Of a DNA stretch of 64,000 nt, positions 40,092 through 50,942 are shown one piece after another. Numbering within the stretch: the first letter of the stretch is position 1; each line of letters opens with the position of its first letter. Under the pieces are notes generated by a model, which was not told where the DNA came from, did no database searches, and worked only from the letters and a program-made list of their open reading frames with translations. The position numbers and the translations under genes were made by a program. The DNA lies in sequence record MT446416.1. One strand, written 5' to 3'.

Positions 40092-40445
40092 TTACTCTTC
40101 TTCACCAGATGGTGTACCACGCAGTTTATCAAAATCAACCCAAATACCATGCTGGTTTTTGAAGCGACATTTCTCATAGTACCAGCTATAGTCGGTTTCA
40201 ACACCCTGAGAAATTGAACGAACACTACAGTCATACATATTGTATAAATGTGTACGTACAATGAATGTTCCTATAAGAAGAACAAACACAACAATCCCAG
40301 TACAGATCTTTGGATGATCCATAATTAGGTCCAACACAGAACTGGTTTCAGTACTATCAATTTTACTACGACCGATAGCAACAACTTTCAGTACTGCTAA
40401 TGATACCAGTAATGAAATAACAAGAACACTCAAATAAATTAGCAT
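40092..40445 (-). CDS. two-TM membrane protein
   Basis: Two hydrophobic segments. Confidence 0.65.
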   Translation of the reverse strand: MLIYLSVLVISLLVSLAVLKVVAIGRSKIDSTETSSVLDLIMDHPKICTGIVVFVLLIGTFIVRTHLYNMYDCSVRSISQGVETDYSWYYEKCRFKNQHGIWVDFDKLRGTPSGEEE

Positions 40446-40447
40446 AT

Positions 40448-41032
40448 TTAGACTCCTACCCCAAAACGTAAAAGGATGTTATTAACAAACACAAAATCAA
40501 ATGGAGACTTTGGTTCAGATACCGAGTACTGAAAAGTTTCAGTGGCAAAATTTTCCCTATTATGCCATGTTGATGAATCGATTAGTAATTGTTTATCACC
40601 AATTGACGTTGAATGTAATGGGACGTGTGCTGATGAATTTATAGAATACGCATTTAGTTTTCCTTGTTCATCAAATGTAACACAAAGGTAATATCTCTTC
40701 TTAACATCAGGATAACGCTCTTTAATATACGAATATATTGATTCATTCAAATCATCATCATCCCTTGTCTTAGCACCGAGAACTTGAGCAAAAGACAAAC
40801 TACGTTTCGGTTGGATCGTTCCTGGTCTTTTTAGAATGAATTCTTTTGTTAAGTAAAAGTTATTGTGTTTTACCTCAATATTAACAGTTTTAAAGTTTGT
40901 GATTTTATCATATACGTTCCTAAAAACTGTTATATCCCATGAACTAATTTCTTGCATCGTTACCGTAACTAGTTCTTCTAGTTCTTGGATAAATGGCAAA
41001 TCGTCTTGATCAAATCTAATCACAGTTTTCAT
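40448..41032 (-). CDS. hypothetical protein
   Basis: ORF track. Confidence 0.7.
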   Translation of the reverse strand: MKTVIRFDQDDLPFIQELEELVTVTMQEISSWDITVFRNVYDKITNFKTVNIEVKHNNFYLTKEFILKRPGTIQPKRSLSFAQVLGAKTRDDDDLNESIYSYIKERYPDVKKRYYLCVTFDEQGKLNAYSINSSAHVPLHSTSIGDKQLLIDSSTWHNRENFATETFQYSVSEPKSPFDFVFVNNILLRFGVGV

Positions 41033-41603
41033 ATACCTTTTTTAAATTCATAATTTCAAGAAGACTATATTCTTTTTCACTAATCAAATCTTCAGTGAGT
41101 GCTTCTGGTTCGGTGTTACAATACAACTTCCCATTAATGATAACATAACCATTGCTAAGATACAACGCACTCATTATCTGTTGTCCTTCTTTTGCATTGA
41201 CTGCTATACCAGCATTTGTTACAACAAGCCCATTGTTTGCAAATGCTGATGTTAGTTCTGACCATTCAACTGATATTAAATCACGATAGTCTTTTGATAC
41301 TTTTATATTAACAATACAAGCAACTCTTGTAATAGATGGAGTACTAATCGTATACATCTGTGGGTGTTGGTAGTTTGAGTTATATGTTTGTGGTGTATTA
41401 ACAGCAGTTCCTGAATTCGGAGTTGTTGGCATAATTACTTGATCCATATTTGGAACAGCCGTTCTTAGTGATGCAATACGCCCAGTTTCATCCAATTTCA
41501 AAACTAAACGATGAGTTTTATCCTCAGAGTGATACGGGAATAGACCACCGGAATTCATATTTTGAAGCATTTTAATTAATTCATAAGTATTTTTTAAAAA
41601 CAT
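41016..41603 (-). CDS. hypothetical protein
   Basis: ORF track. Confidence 0.7.
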   Translation of the reverse strand: MFLKNTYELIKMLQNMNSGGLFPYHSEDKTHRLVLKLDETGRIASLRTAVPNMDQVIMPTTPNSGTAVNTPQTYNSNYQHPQMYTISTPSITRVACIVNIKVSKDYRDLISVEWSELTSAFANNGLVVTNAGIAVNAKEGQQIMSALYLSNGYVIINGKLYCNTEPEALTEDLISEKEYSLLEIMNLKKVYENCD

Positions 41604-41650
41604 AATAAATCCTATAGAAAATGAGAGTACAATGTACTCCCAGATTTAGA

Positions 41651-42205
41651 TTATAGTTTAATTACTTCTTGGATACCAGTATCCATTGCTTTCTTAGTGC
41701 GTGTATCAGAAACTACTGTACATAAATGTTCAATATTTTCACTTGGGAATGTGTTAGTATCAAGAATTTTGGAGTTCCAGAAACCTTTACGGAACTTAGC
41801 ATAATCAGTACACTGGTCAATTTTCATTTTCTGAAGATTGTTGAACTGTGTACGTCCTGACTCGATAGTTACCATAAGTTCTTGATAAATCTTAGGATCG
41901 AGATTAGGAACCTGTTGTTGAATCTGTGACATCACAAACTTCTGGTCAACACCTTCACGACCTTTAAAGTATGTTTCGATGGTTTCTTTCAATGCATCCT
42001 TATACTTATCAGAAACTTGTACTTTTTCTTGAATGACAAGAGTGTATTTACTTAGTTGGCTTTCTGATGCATCATAGTACTTTTTAATATTACCTTCAAA
42101 TTCAACAGCACGGTCATGTGCATCTACATACATACTAACTGAACCAATTGCCATAAGACCGAATACAACAACAACACCAATCAATGCAATAATTTTACCA
42201 TTCAT
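41651..42205 (-). CDS. single-TM coiled-coil membrane protein (LemA-like architecture)
   Basis: N-terminal TM then long helical periplasmic region. Confidence 0.55.
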   Translation of the reverse strand: MNGKIIALIGVVVVFGLMAIGSVSMYVDAHDRAVEFEGNIKKYYDASESQLSKYTLVIQEKVQVSDKYKDALKETIETYFKGREGVDQKFVMSQIQQQVPNLDPKIYQELMVTIESGRTQFNNLQKMKIDQCTDYAKFRKGFWNSKILDTNTFPSENIEHLCTVVSDTRTKKAMDTGIQEVIKL

Positions 42206-43296
42206 AACTTGTTATCCCTCATATAAAGGCCAATGAAAATAGATACAATCAGTAACAAAATAGAAGCACCGATGAGAACATCTTTACGTGGTTCCATTTT
42301 TACAGACAAGTACTCGAACTCTTTGTTAGAGAGTCTTTCAAACTTTGTGTCAATATTATGCACTTCTTTGGTCAGTAAGTCAAGAGTTAATTTTTCATTT
42401 AATGCATCCATTCGCATCTTAGCATGTAGTTCTTCATTCTTCATACCTTGTGCAAATGATGTGCTATCAAATTTAACGATCTTCCCATCAGCATCAATAC
42501 CAAAGAACATGATAACATCATTCTTCTTACCACCACGCCACGATGCGAGTGTTGCTTCCACAAAATCTACGTTTTTATAATCATAAACCAAAACTTGGAT
42601 GTTTACTTGTTTACGTGCACCCATAGTTTTTAGTTCTTCACGCAGATACTCATCATAACCATCTACATTATAATTAGTAGTGTTGATTACATGGTGTGTT
42701 TTATAATAGTCTACCACACTTGGGTATTCTGGTAAAGTACTAAGATATTTCTCATCATACATTTCATGTAATTCACCAGGACTAAACAATGAGTTTTTAT
42801 CAGCGAACAGATAGTTAATATAAGAACTTTCTGCGGCGGCATAATCCCCAATGTTAACCTGTTGCCAGCGGGGAGGGGTCATTGTACCCTGGCGGTTTAC
42901 TCGCTCAATCTCAAACTTCCCTACAGTACTTTTTACATACCAGTCAACTTCGTATGAATAATCAAATACCTTATAGGACTCACATTCACGATGGGATTTC
43001 CCCTTACTATCATAACGAGTTCTGCATTTCTCGTGCCACGTGTAATGCTTACATGAGCTTGATTGTGTACAAAACTCCTTGTGATTATATTTGGATGTTA
43101 CCTGCCCATTTAGAATCTCTACATCGTACAATTGGCTGTAGTTGATTGCATATGAGATACCAAGCACAAGAGCAGCACCAACTATACAACAACCAATATG
43201 AATCAACAGTTCTTTAGTACTGATATGCTTATCATACATGTATTTCATAACAAATACAACGATAAGTGAAGGAATCAACAGAATAATAAAATTCAT
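42202..43296 (-). CDS. three-TM membrane protein with large periplasmic domain
   Basis: Two N-terminal and one C-terminal TM; Cys-rich insert; coupled to 41651-42205 by ATGA overlap. Confidence 0.7.
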   Translation of the reverse strand: MNFIILLIPSLIVVFVMKYMYDKHISTKELLIHIGCCIVGAALVLGISYAINYSQLYDVEILNGQVTSKYNHKEFCTQSSSCKHYTWHEKCRTRYDSKGKSHRECESYKVFDYSYEVDWYVKSTVGKFEIERVNRQGTMTPPRWQQVNIGDYAAAESSYINYLFADKNSLFSPGELHEMYDEKYLSTLPEYPSVVDYYKTHHVINTTNYNVDGYDEYLREELKTMGARKQVNIQVLVYDYKNVDFVEATLASWRGGKKNDVIMFFGIDADGKIVKFDSTSFAQGMKNEELHAKMRMDALNEKLTLDLLTKEVHNIDTKFERLSNKEFEYLSVKMEPRKDVLIGASILLLIVSIFIGLYMRDNKL

Positions 43297-43299
43297 GTA

Positions 43300-43989
43300 T
43301 TAGTCCAGTTTAAGTTTATTGAGACAATAGGAGATTTGGATAGCTTCACGTGCTGCATCATACAGAGGGTGATGTAATTCCAAACCATTAATACCACATT
43401 TTTCTACATACTTCACGAATTTAGCTAACTGCACTGACACAATCTCATCCATTTCGGTGCGAGCTTCTTCATTCAATAAACGCTTCAGGGTTCGTGCGTT
43501 TTCAGGAGCATCATATTTCCACAAATCACCAACATTCAATAGTTTTAAGTGATTAGCTTGTAAAATACTACAGTCGAAGTTGCAGCCATTTCCCCAAATT
43601 GAATGTTCAACCTCTTTACCATAACAATCAAAACGGATATCTTTCCAGAAATCGACAATAGCATTAGAAGTAAAGATTTGTTTGGATTTACCATTAGGAC
43701 CGTACAATTCTGGTGCAACAAGTGCCATAGTACTGGCAACTTCAGCATATGCATTAGGATATTCCTTCTGACATGTATTCATCCAGAAATCCATTGCACC
43801 TGCATCTGATTTCAGCCCAGCGTTGACTTGTGCTTGGTATGGTAACTTAACATATACAAATTGTCTGATATCATGTTCAGGTTTACTTGGAACAACTACT
43901 GCTGCATAATTTGGAATAATAATATCATAACCAGAGTTTTCAGGAGTACCGAGAGCTTCGATATCAACACTAACATGACGGCGTTTCAT
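43300..43989 (-). CDS. DEDD 3'-5' exonuclease (DexA-like)
   Basis: SVDIEALG, WGNGCNFDCSIL, HHPLYDA. Confidence 0.75.
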   Translation of the reverse strand: MKRRHVSVDIEALGTPENSGYDIIIPNYAAVVVPSKPEHDIRQFVYVKLPYQAQVNAGLKSDAGAMDFWMNTCQKEYPNAYAEVASTMALVAPELYGPNGKSKQIFTSNAIVDFWKDIRFDCYGKEVEHSIWGNGCNFDCSILQANHLKLLNVGDLWKYDAPENARTLKRLLNEEARTEMDEIVSVQLAKFVKYVEKCGINGLELHHPLYDAAREAIQISYCLNKLKLD

Positions 43990-44012
43990 ATTTCGTTCCT
44001 TATCTGTATATT

Positions 44013-44060
44013 AAAAAAGAGTGCGTTTCAATAAGAACATTATATTGAAAACGCACTCTT
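44013..44060. terminator. long hairpin terminator
   Basis: AAGAGTGCGTTTCAATA...TATTGAAAACGCACTCTT. Confidence 0.7.
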
Positions 44061-44070
44061 GTGTCAACTA

Positions 44071-45213
44071 TTACTTGTTAGCTTTTTCAGCAATTTCACG
44101 AAGAGTATCTTCGAGTTCATGAGAGAGTTTTGCGATTTCAATCTTAGCACGCTCACGCTCTTCTTTACCTTTCTTCTCTTCAATCAGTACTGCTTCGATA
44201 CTATCGATCATTGTTTTATGTACATTACGCAATGTTTTAATATCCACGATACCACGATTATTTGCTTTAGCAGCATCCAACATGTTAGTTGCTACCATTT
44301 TAGAGTTTACTTCGAGTAAACGGTTAGTTTCATTGTCAATCAGATTACCCAACTCATTGTCTTTACGTTGACGTTCGGAAATCAACTGTTCAGCCAATTG
44401 TGATTTCCATGCTGGAATAACAACTGATTTCAAATCCTCAAACTTAGAAACAGTGTTGAGGTTTACTTTCTTCATACTCATCAGGCGAGGACCACTCAGT
44501 TCACACATCATGATAAGACGACGAATCTTATCTTCCTGCTTAGAAAGAGCTTCACAAATCATCTTTTGCTCCTGGATTGCAAAAGAATCAACGTCAGGGT
44601 TCGCTTGCATTGCTACCAATTCAGCATCTTGTGCTTTGGTAACTTCTTCCAACTCAACTAACGTATCACGCAGTTCAAAGAGATAGTTTTTGTTTTCGTT
44701 GTAAGCAGTGTCTAGCCATGCACATTCCCCATGCTGGCGGTTAATACCAACCTGAAGAGTGTTCATGATTTCATCAATTTGTTCTTTACTGTTTTTGTAC
44801 TGATCGCCAACTTTCTGTTTAGCATTAACAAAGAGTTTTTTGACCCAGCCTACGATTGATTTATCATCCTGTAGACTATCAATATCAACTGCACGTGTCA
44901 ATGTCAAGATAGTAGTAATAGACTTACCGAATTCGGTATTATCATCAGTGACGTTAACTTTTGACATGATTTCATCAGCCAAACGTCCTACACCTGCCCC
45001 AGCAGTGGTTCCGATGGTATTAATATTCTGCACAGTTAAAGCCATACTGTTACCTTTGGTATCTTTCAGTACTGGAAGTGACTTGGACTGTTGTTCGAAG
45101 ATATCAGTTGCGTCAATTGTGTGTGCTGCTGTTTTGGTAGTACGTTTGGCAGTTTTGGTTGCTTTGGCTTGTTTAACTGTTGCTTTTTTCGGATTGATTT
45201 CTTTCTCGGACAT
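44071..45213 (-). CDS. telA: TelA-family toxic anion resistance protein
   Basis: Helical protein with IDEIMNTL, KFEDLKSVVIPAWKSQL, TNRLLEVNSKMV, RGIVDIKTL motifs; start moved to MSEKE by SD GAGGA. Confidence 0.8.
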   Translation of the reverse strand: MSEKEINPKKATVKQAKATKTAKRTTKTAAHTIDATDIFEQQSKSLPVLKDTKGNSMALTVQNINTIGTTAGAGVGRLADEIMSKVNVTDDNTEFGKSITTILTLTRAVDIDSLQDDKSIVGWVKKLFVNAKQKVGDQYKNSKEQIDEIMNTLQVGINRQHGECAWLDTAYNENKNYLFELRDTLVELEEVTKAQDAELVAMQANPDVDSFAIQEQKMICEALSKQEDKIRRLIMMCELSGPRLMSMKKVNLNTVSKFEDLKSVVIPAWKSQLAEQLISERQRKDNELGNLIDNETNRLLEVNSKMVATNMLDAAKANNRGIVDIKTLRNVHKTMIDSIEAVLIEEKKGKEERERAKIEIAKLSHELEDTLREIAEKANK

Positions 45214-45295
45214 TGTGTATTCCTCAGTTAATTTAAGATAGTGTTGCTCAGTGATAAACATTCTACAGGCAACACTCAGTACTGTCAACTACTTT

Positions 45296-46423
45296 TTACT
45301 CTTTATTTCCATACGCCAGGTTACGAATGATATTGGCAGTATCTTCATCAACTGCTTTACCAGTTTGAGCTTGCAAACGGCCTATGATCAATGGGATAGT
45401 GATAGTTTGAATATCAATCATTCGGCTCATATCAATCTGATACTGCTTACTAACACCAACAATACTAGTTTCAGTCATTGCTGTTGAAATCCCCATTTTC
45501 ATAATACGTTCAAGCGTCAGTTCATATTCAAATGGATCTTCCAAACGACGAATTGCATATTCACACCCAATCTTACCATACTCAAGTTCATTTTTGATTT
45601 CACGAACTTCATCACGAATTTCAGTGAATAAAGTCGTAATACCACTAAACTTATTCGTATCGTACTTCACTGCTTCATTCAATGCTTTCATTACTTTTGG
45701 TAAATCAGTTGGCTGTACTTTGATATCAGCTTTCCCAAACAACTTCTGTGTAAATGTAGGCTTCAAAGGGAATAACTTTTCCAGTGCTGTTGTAAGGTTA
45801 CCCATTAATAAACGGATATAATCACTATGCTGCTGTAATGCTGCGTTTAAATCCAACTGACGCTCGGAGATCTTCTGAATCTTCACACCAACTTCTTGTG
45901 CACATACTGGTAGGTTTACATACCAATCCAGAACCTTCACCGGATCTTTTTTAATTGTATCTGGAAAATCCATCCAACGTTCAATGTCAGCAACCATATC
46001 ACATTCAGGGTCGATAGGTTTCTTCTTAAGAACAATCGGAGCCGGAACTTCTGGTGAAGTAGCTACTGCTGCCATGTTTGGACGAAGTTTACCTTCCTTC
46101 CAGTCTCGGTACTCCTTCTCTAACGGAGGAATTGGGAGATCTGGAACGATTCTCACATTTGAGAAATGAATTTTATCTTTCATTAAATCCATTACCTTCA
46201 AACGGCGATTATCAAAATAGATCTCGTCAAGTGAAAGTGAACGTGTGTCGAAATGTGGATTTCCCAGTGAATCGTATGTTCTGTCCACAACAATGGTATA
46301 CATATATTTTCGATTCGATGAACGGTCATACTGTTTTAACAGTGAGTTAAGAACGTAGTTGAAGTTAAATTCTTTGATTTCGACTTCTTTACCGTTGTCA
46401 ATGAAAAAATATTTTCCTTTCAT
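45296..46423 (-). CDS. helical protein adjacent to telA (possible TelA-like partner)
   Basis: Pro-rich linker, helical C-half ending IQTITIPL reminiscent of TelA; by eye only. Confidence 0.5.
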   Translation of the reverse strand: MKGKYFFIDNGKEVEIKEFNFNYVLNSLLKQYDRSSNRKYMYTIVVDRTYDSLGNPHFDTRSLSLDEIYFDNRRLKVMDLMKDKIHFSNVRIVPDLPIPPLEKEYRDWKEGKLRPNMAAVATSPEVPAPIVLKKKPIDPECDMVADIERWMDFPDTIKKDPVKVLDWYVNLPVCAQEVGVKIQKISERQLDLNAALQQHSDYIRLLMGNLTTALEKLFPLKPTFTQKLFGKADIKVQPTDLPKVMKALNEAVKYDTNKFSGITTLFTEIRDEVREIKNELEYGKIGCEYAIRRLEDPFEYELTLERIMKMGISTAMTETSIVGVSKQYQIDMSRMIDIQTITIPLIIGRLQAQTGKAVDEDTANIIRNLAYGNKE

Positions 46424-46522
46424 TACTGACCTCTTAATTAATTAAAATTGATACGATACGTACATTCTACATACACACGATGTATTTGTCAAACCATTTT
46501 TTAAAAGAAAAAAGGACGCACC

Positions 46523-47341
46523 TTAGTGCATCCTTTTGTTACTCTTGTCCTTGTACCACACAAATGTTTTTACTGGTGGGTACTTTTCATTCTTCGGTGG
46601 CTCCGGCATATCATACACAGTTGCATTTCTGAATTTCAAAATGTATGAATCCATTAAACGAATTATACAATAGTTCATGCACTTTTGTGCACGTTCTTTC
46701 CAAAAATGTTTATATGGTTCTGGACACCCAAGATAATCCAATTTGTACATACCCATAGCAGCTTGCATAAAGCGTTGGGCAGAGAACTTACGCTTGTCTA
46801 CCTTACTAGCTCGATGCTGGTCACATGTCCAACTAGAGATACCAGGGAGATGACAGAATAAATCAAAACTCACCATACTATCAAAGTACTTGTTATGACC
46901 GTTCAACTCTCCATAAAATACCGCTTCGGAAACAGTTTCATATAGTGAGTAATTTGTATGTATATGTTCATTGTCAAATATAGCTTTTAGATCTTTGTAA
47001 GTTTCTGGTACTGGTGGCTCTGGTAAAACTTCACCGAACGTCTCTAAGCACCAAATCTTCCACAAGCCTTTCGTAAATTTTACTTCAAGTTCTTTATCGC
47101 TGTCAATATAAAAAGTTTTCTCATTGATAAAAACTTTTCGTGCCATGTATGCTTTGAATACCGCATCAGGGTCGATATCTTCACGTTTGATATCGTCCCA
47201 TCCTTTACCGATTCGAGAAATTTCGAATCGTCTCATATACATCCTACATGCCAAATCTTTAGTTGTACTACGATGATACTTGTCGTCTTGATGAAGTTTG
47301 GTAGTCTCATGGAGAGATTTAAGCATGTTTAAAATTCTCAT
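46523..47341 (-). CDS. hypothetical protein
   Basis: ORF track, 272 aa. Confidence 0.75.
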   Translation of the reverse strand: MRILNMLKSLHETTKLHQDDKYHRSTTKDLACRMYMRRFEISRIGKGWDDIKREDIDPDAVFKAYMARKVFINEKTFYIDSDKELEVKFTKGLWKIWCLETFGEVLPEPPVPETYKDLKAIFDNEHIHTNYSLYETVSEAVFYGELNGHNKYFDSMVSFDLFCHLPGISSWTCDQHRASKVDKRKFSAQRFMQAAMGMYKLDYLGCPEPYKHFWKERAQKCMNYCIIRLMDSYILKFRNATVYDMPEPPKNEKYPPVKTFVWYKDKSNKRMH

Positions 47342-48018
47342 CGTAACACCAAATACTTCCCATCTTTACCTACTACATACTGATTACCGCTACGTAGGAC
47401 GCTATAACTTTCACCTAGTACCGAACTTAAGCGAGATGTATCTACCTGCGTATCGTTCGATAGAAGCTGTTTTACGTATGCTTCTGACACAAATCCACTA
47501 CCAGTACTGTAATGTAGTTTACCATATGCAGTGTTTAGTGCAAGCATGTGACCTTCTTTAACAACAGATACACCAGCAAAGTCTAAAAATTCACTGATGG
47601 ATTTAGGAATACCCAAATCGATACGTTGTTGAATTTCATCAAAATCAACATCAATCGGATCATTCACACCATAAAGCTGAATCTTCCAGCCAGGATTTGG
47701 GCAAATGTTTTCAATAGTTTTGATAAGACGAAGTAGGTTTTCTGGAAATTCCGCATCACGTTCCATTTCAACGAATACCTGATAACGACCATCCAGGTTA
47801 GGTGTTTCAGCAGCTTCAGTATCAACTGCATCAATTGGAGACTTCTCAATAAAAGATGACAGGTCATATGCAGCATCAAAGTTGTTTAGTACTTGAAACA
47901 TAACAACGATATTACTATCTTCAATCTTAGGAGTATATTCATCTACACTAATAATAGGATGAATCAAATCCTTTAGTACTTGTGGACGTAAACCTTGTTC
48001 ATTTAGTTTCTTTTTCAT
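47338..48018 (-). CDS. hypothetical protein
   Basis: ORF track. Confidence 0.75.
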   Translation of the reverse strand: MKKKLNEQGLRPQVLKDLIHPIISVDEYTPKIEDSNIVVMFQVLNNFDAAYDLSSFIEKSPIDAVDTEAAETPNLDGRYQVFVEMERDAEFPENLLRLIKTIENICPNPGWKIQLYGVNDPIDVDFDEIQQRIDLGIPKSISEFLDFAGVSVVKEGHMLALNTAYGKLHYSTGSGFVSEAYVKQLLSNDTQVDTSRLSSVLGESYSVLRSGNQYVVGKDGKYLVLR

Positions 48019-48581
48019 TGCATACCACCTTGTTGTACATCATCAGATACTTCTACATCTAAATCAACATCTTCACCAGTAATTGGATCATCTGATGGTT
48101 CTTGTGCATTCATAGGATTACTATTGAATTCTGAAGCCATTAGTTTGTATTCATCAAAACTTTCAGGGTTAATTAAGTTTCTGGGAATTTGTACACGAAC
48201 CAATAGAACTGGAATTCGTTCATTTTTTGGAATGCGAACAGAACCAGATTGCGTAGCCACACTCTTCATATCAGCTTGGCGGTTAGGTTCTTGAATAGGT
48301 GTAATTTCATAATCTGCTTTCACATACACCTTAGTTCCGTGCTTCTCAAGAATTGAGAATGCTGTAGGATCAGGAAAATTCTCACGATAGTATTTGAACG
48401 TCACAGTACACCAGTACTTACTAACAATCGGACCTTCTACAAGTTCACCTTCGATGATACCATGATATGCATACAAATCATTATCATCAAAATATTTTTC
48501 AACAGCCAGAAGTATATCTAGCATACCGCTGTTATCATACAACTGCTGGACTGCATTATCTGTATAATCTAAATCATCCAT
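48015..48581 (-). CDS. hypothetical protein
   Basis: ORF track; SD AAGGA. Confidence 0.75.
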   Translation of the reverse strand: MDDLDYTDNAVQQLYDNSGMLDILLAVEKYFDDNDLYAYHGIIEGELVEGPIVSKYWCTVTFKYYRENFPDPTAFSILEKHGTKVYVKADYEITPIQEPNRQADMKSVATQSGSVRIPKNERIPVLLVRVQIPRNLINPESFDEYKLMASEFNSNPMNAQEPSDDPITGEDVDLDVEVSDDVQQGGMQ

Positions 48582-48680
48582 GTTTTATATTATCCTTAAA
48601 AAACTAGCACATATAATACTATTTACTACTTTTAAAAAACAATAAAAGGGGATTAAATAATCCCCATTGTTTTTACTATA

Positions 48681-49307
48681 TTATTGGTAATATTTCGACA
48701 GTACTGAATAGATTTTTAAACGTAGTTCATCCCAGTTGTTAACATAGTCATACCCATAACCATTTTTATACATATGATTGTGGGACGCTCGCATCATAAC
48801 TGATGGGATACCCAATTCCATTGATGTTTCAATATTATTGATATAATCATCAATCATCAGTTTTACGTCATATCGTTCTTTTAATTCTACTAGTGCTTCA
48901 TGCTTAGATTCATTCATTTCAACAATGATGATTTCATCAAAACATGTCTCACCAAATACATGCATAAGATTAGTATTGCGAAGTACCTCGCTATAACCTT
49001 TCTTACCACACTTAGTCAGTACTATGAATTTTTCCTTGTAAAAACGATCACGCAGTTCATGCATAATACTTACAGTGTTAGTTTCTACAGGTTTTAGTAA
49101 TCCAAACATATACGAACGTTGATTGAATTCAGTAATGATCTCTTGAACTTTTTCTCGTGAAACACCAAACCATTCAGATAAATCGTATGCGAGTGGGTAT
49201 GGTGTTGTTGGGTTGATATCATATTGGAGTTTTGCGTATTCTCCTAATGAACCAATGTGATCTAGTAGTACTTCATCACAGTCGAATACAATACAACGGT
49301 CTTTCAT
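48681..49307 (-). CDS. HAD-family 5'(3')-deoxyribonucleotidase-like phosphatase
   Basis: IVFDCDEVLLD motif I, VLTKC, K, MIDDYINN motif IV. Confidence 0.75.
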   Translation of the reverse strand: MKDRCIVFDCDEVLLDHIGSLGEYAKLQYDINPTTPYPLAYDLSEWFGVSREKVQEIITEFNQRSYMFGLLKPVETNTVSIMHELRDRFYKEKFIVLTKCGKKGYSEVLRNTNLMHVFGETCFDEIIIVEMNESKHEALVELKERYDVKLMIDDYINNIETSMELGIPSVMMRASHNHMYKNGYGYDYVNNWDELRLKIYSVLSKYYQ

Positions 49308-50260
49308 TACATGTTCCCCGAACAGATTAGGTCAATCTCACACAGTAATGCACTGAGATTCATTTCACGGTCAGACACAGTAGCTTGTTTAACAACAGCG
49401 TCACGAATCTTAACCTTAATTTTCATTAGAGTAATTTCATCAGTACTGAACATTTCTGCATTACGATACAAATAAGAGAAGAATGCATCCATCTCATCAT
49501 CAGGAATGTTTTGTACAATCTGCTCACGCATTTGACGAATGTTACCAGCTTTTAGTGCATCAATGATGGCAGTACGATACCCAGCAGAGTTTTCAATACT
49601 GTCTTCTAGTTTTACAAGTTTACCATCTACTACTGAACTCTGCAATACGTTTAGCGTTTTGCGGAAATCAGGATATGAAGCATTGATGTATTTTTGTACT
49701 TGTTCAATACTTTCATCAGTACTTAGATCTACTCCTTCTGCCAATAGTACGTTGTAGATGCGTGACATGAATTGTTCCATATCATGCTTCTCAATGGTGA
49801 TGACCTGGACACGAGAGATAATAGGTTTCTGAATCTTATGTGGTTCATTACTGGTGAGAATGAAACGAGCATTTTCATGGTAATCTTCCATGACACGTTT
49901 CAAGCTACCCTGTGCTTTGTGGTTCATTTGTTCCATTTCTTCCAGAACAAATACACGATAACGACCAAAACATGATAGTTTTGCTGCTGCATCAATTTTG
50001 TCACGAACAGCATCGATACCTTCATCTGACATATTCAGTGTTGTTACATCACTAGGGTCAAGGTGTCCGTTAGCTTCCAGACCATTCAGTAGTACTTTGA
50101 TTGCTGAAGTTTTGCCTGTCCCTGCTGGTCCAAAAAATCCAATATGTGGGATATCACCAGTACGAATCCATTCTTCCATCTTCTGACGTAGGGCTTCGTT
50201 CTTAGATACATAATCTTCCATAGTTTGTGGGCGGTATTTTTCAGTCCATAATGTAGTCAT
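49307..50260 (-). CDS. sliding-clamp loader small subunit (RFC/T4 gp44-like AAA+)
   Basis: LWTEKYRPQT, GPAGTGKTS, LEEMEQM, RFILTSN, PIISRV, YPDFRKTLNVLQ. Confidence 0.92.
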   Translation of the reverse strand: MTTLWTEKYRPQTMEDYVSKNEALRQKMEEWIRTGDIPHIGFFGPAGTGKTSAIKVLLNGLEANGHLDPSDVTTLNMSDEGIDAVRDKIDAAAKLSCFGRYRVFVLEEMEQMNHKAQGSLKRVMEDYHENARFILTSNEPHKIQKPIISRVQVITIEKHDMEQFMSRIYNVLLAEGVDLSTDESIEQVQKYINASYPDFRKTLNVLQSSVVDGKLVKLEDSIENSAGYRTAIIDALKAGNIRQMREQIVQNIPDDEMDAFFSYLYRNAEMFSTDEITLMKIKVKIRDAVVKQATVSDREMNLSALLCEIDLICSGNM

Positions 50261-50286
50261 GTTTTATTTCCTTGTATATTAGGTGT

Positions 50287-50556
50287 TTATGAAATCCAAT
50301 CTGCATAATCATACAACAATGCAGTGAATAAGTCTTCTGTCATTTCAAGTTGATTAAACAAAAAATTAAATGAGTTTGCTTTGTTCTTCACTCCCATTGC
50401 TTCGGCCTGGGCTGATACGATAAGTAAGTACTTAAACATATCATGAGAAACTTCATATACGTACTTCGTGTTAGTTCTATCTTCAAACATAAATCGTCCA
50501 TTTTTAGAAACTAACGTAACGTCAGAAAAACTATATTTTCCATCATCAGTTATCAT
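50287..50556 (-). CDS. hypothetical protein
   Basis: ORF track. Confidence 0.6.
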   Translation of the reverse strand: MITDDGKYSFSDVTLVSKNGRFMFEDRTNTKYVYEVSHDMFKYLLIVSAQAEAMGVKNKANSFNFLFNQLEMTEDLFTALLYDYADWIS

Positions 50557-50612
50557 GTATTTTCATCCAAATAAAAAGCCCAGATAATATATCCGAGCTT
50601 TAGATTTATGTT

Positions 50613-50939
50613 TTAACGACCAAATGTTTGAGCAGAGATGCGTGGATCAGTGTCAGACACCAAACTTACTGCTGCTGGATAATCCACGAGATTCATTTTA
50701 ATACCATCAATCTCAATAGTTCTCGACCAACGACCGTGGTCAATTAGAATCCATTGTCCTTCTTTGATATCGGTAATGTCTTCACCAACAGAATATACTT
50801 TAGCCCAACGGCAACGAATACCACGTATCTTACCATCATCACTTGTCAGTACAATACCACCTGCGGTTTTACGCTCACCATGTTCTAGTTCAGTTACAAT
50901 AACTTTACCTTTACAAGCTGTCATTACTTTATTGGTCAT
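50613..50939 (-). CDS. groES: co-chaperonin GroES/Cpn10
   Basis: KVIV..ERKTAGGIVL mobile loop, KVYSVGE, IKEGQWIL. Confidence 0.85.
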   Translation of the reverse strand: MTNKVMTACKGKVIVTELEHGERKTAGGIVLTSDDGKIRGIRCRWAKVYSVGEDITDIKEGQWILIDHGRWSRTIEIDGIKMNLVDYPAAVSLVSDTDPRISAQTFGR

Positions 50940-50942
50940 GAA

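Noticed and set aside
40448-41603. Two further possible FQxST members (TETFQYSVSE; TEDLISEKEYSLLE)
   Set aside because: The match is too weak by eye to count; needs an HMM.
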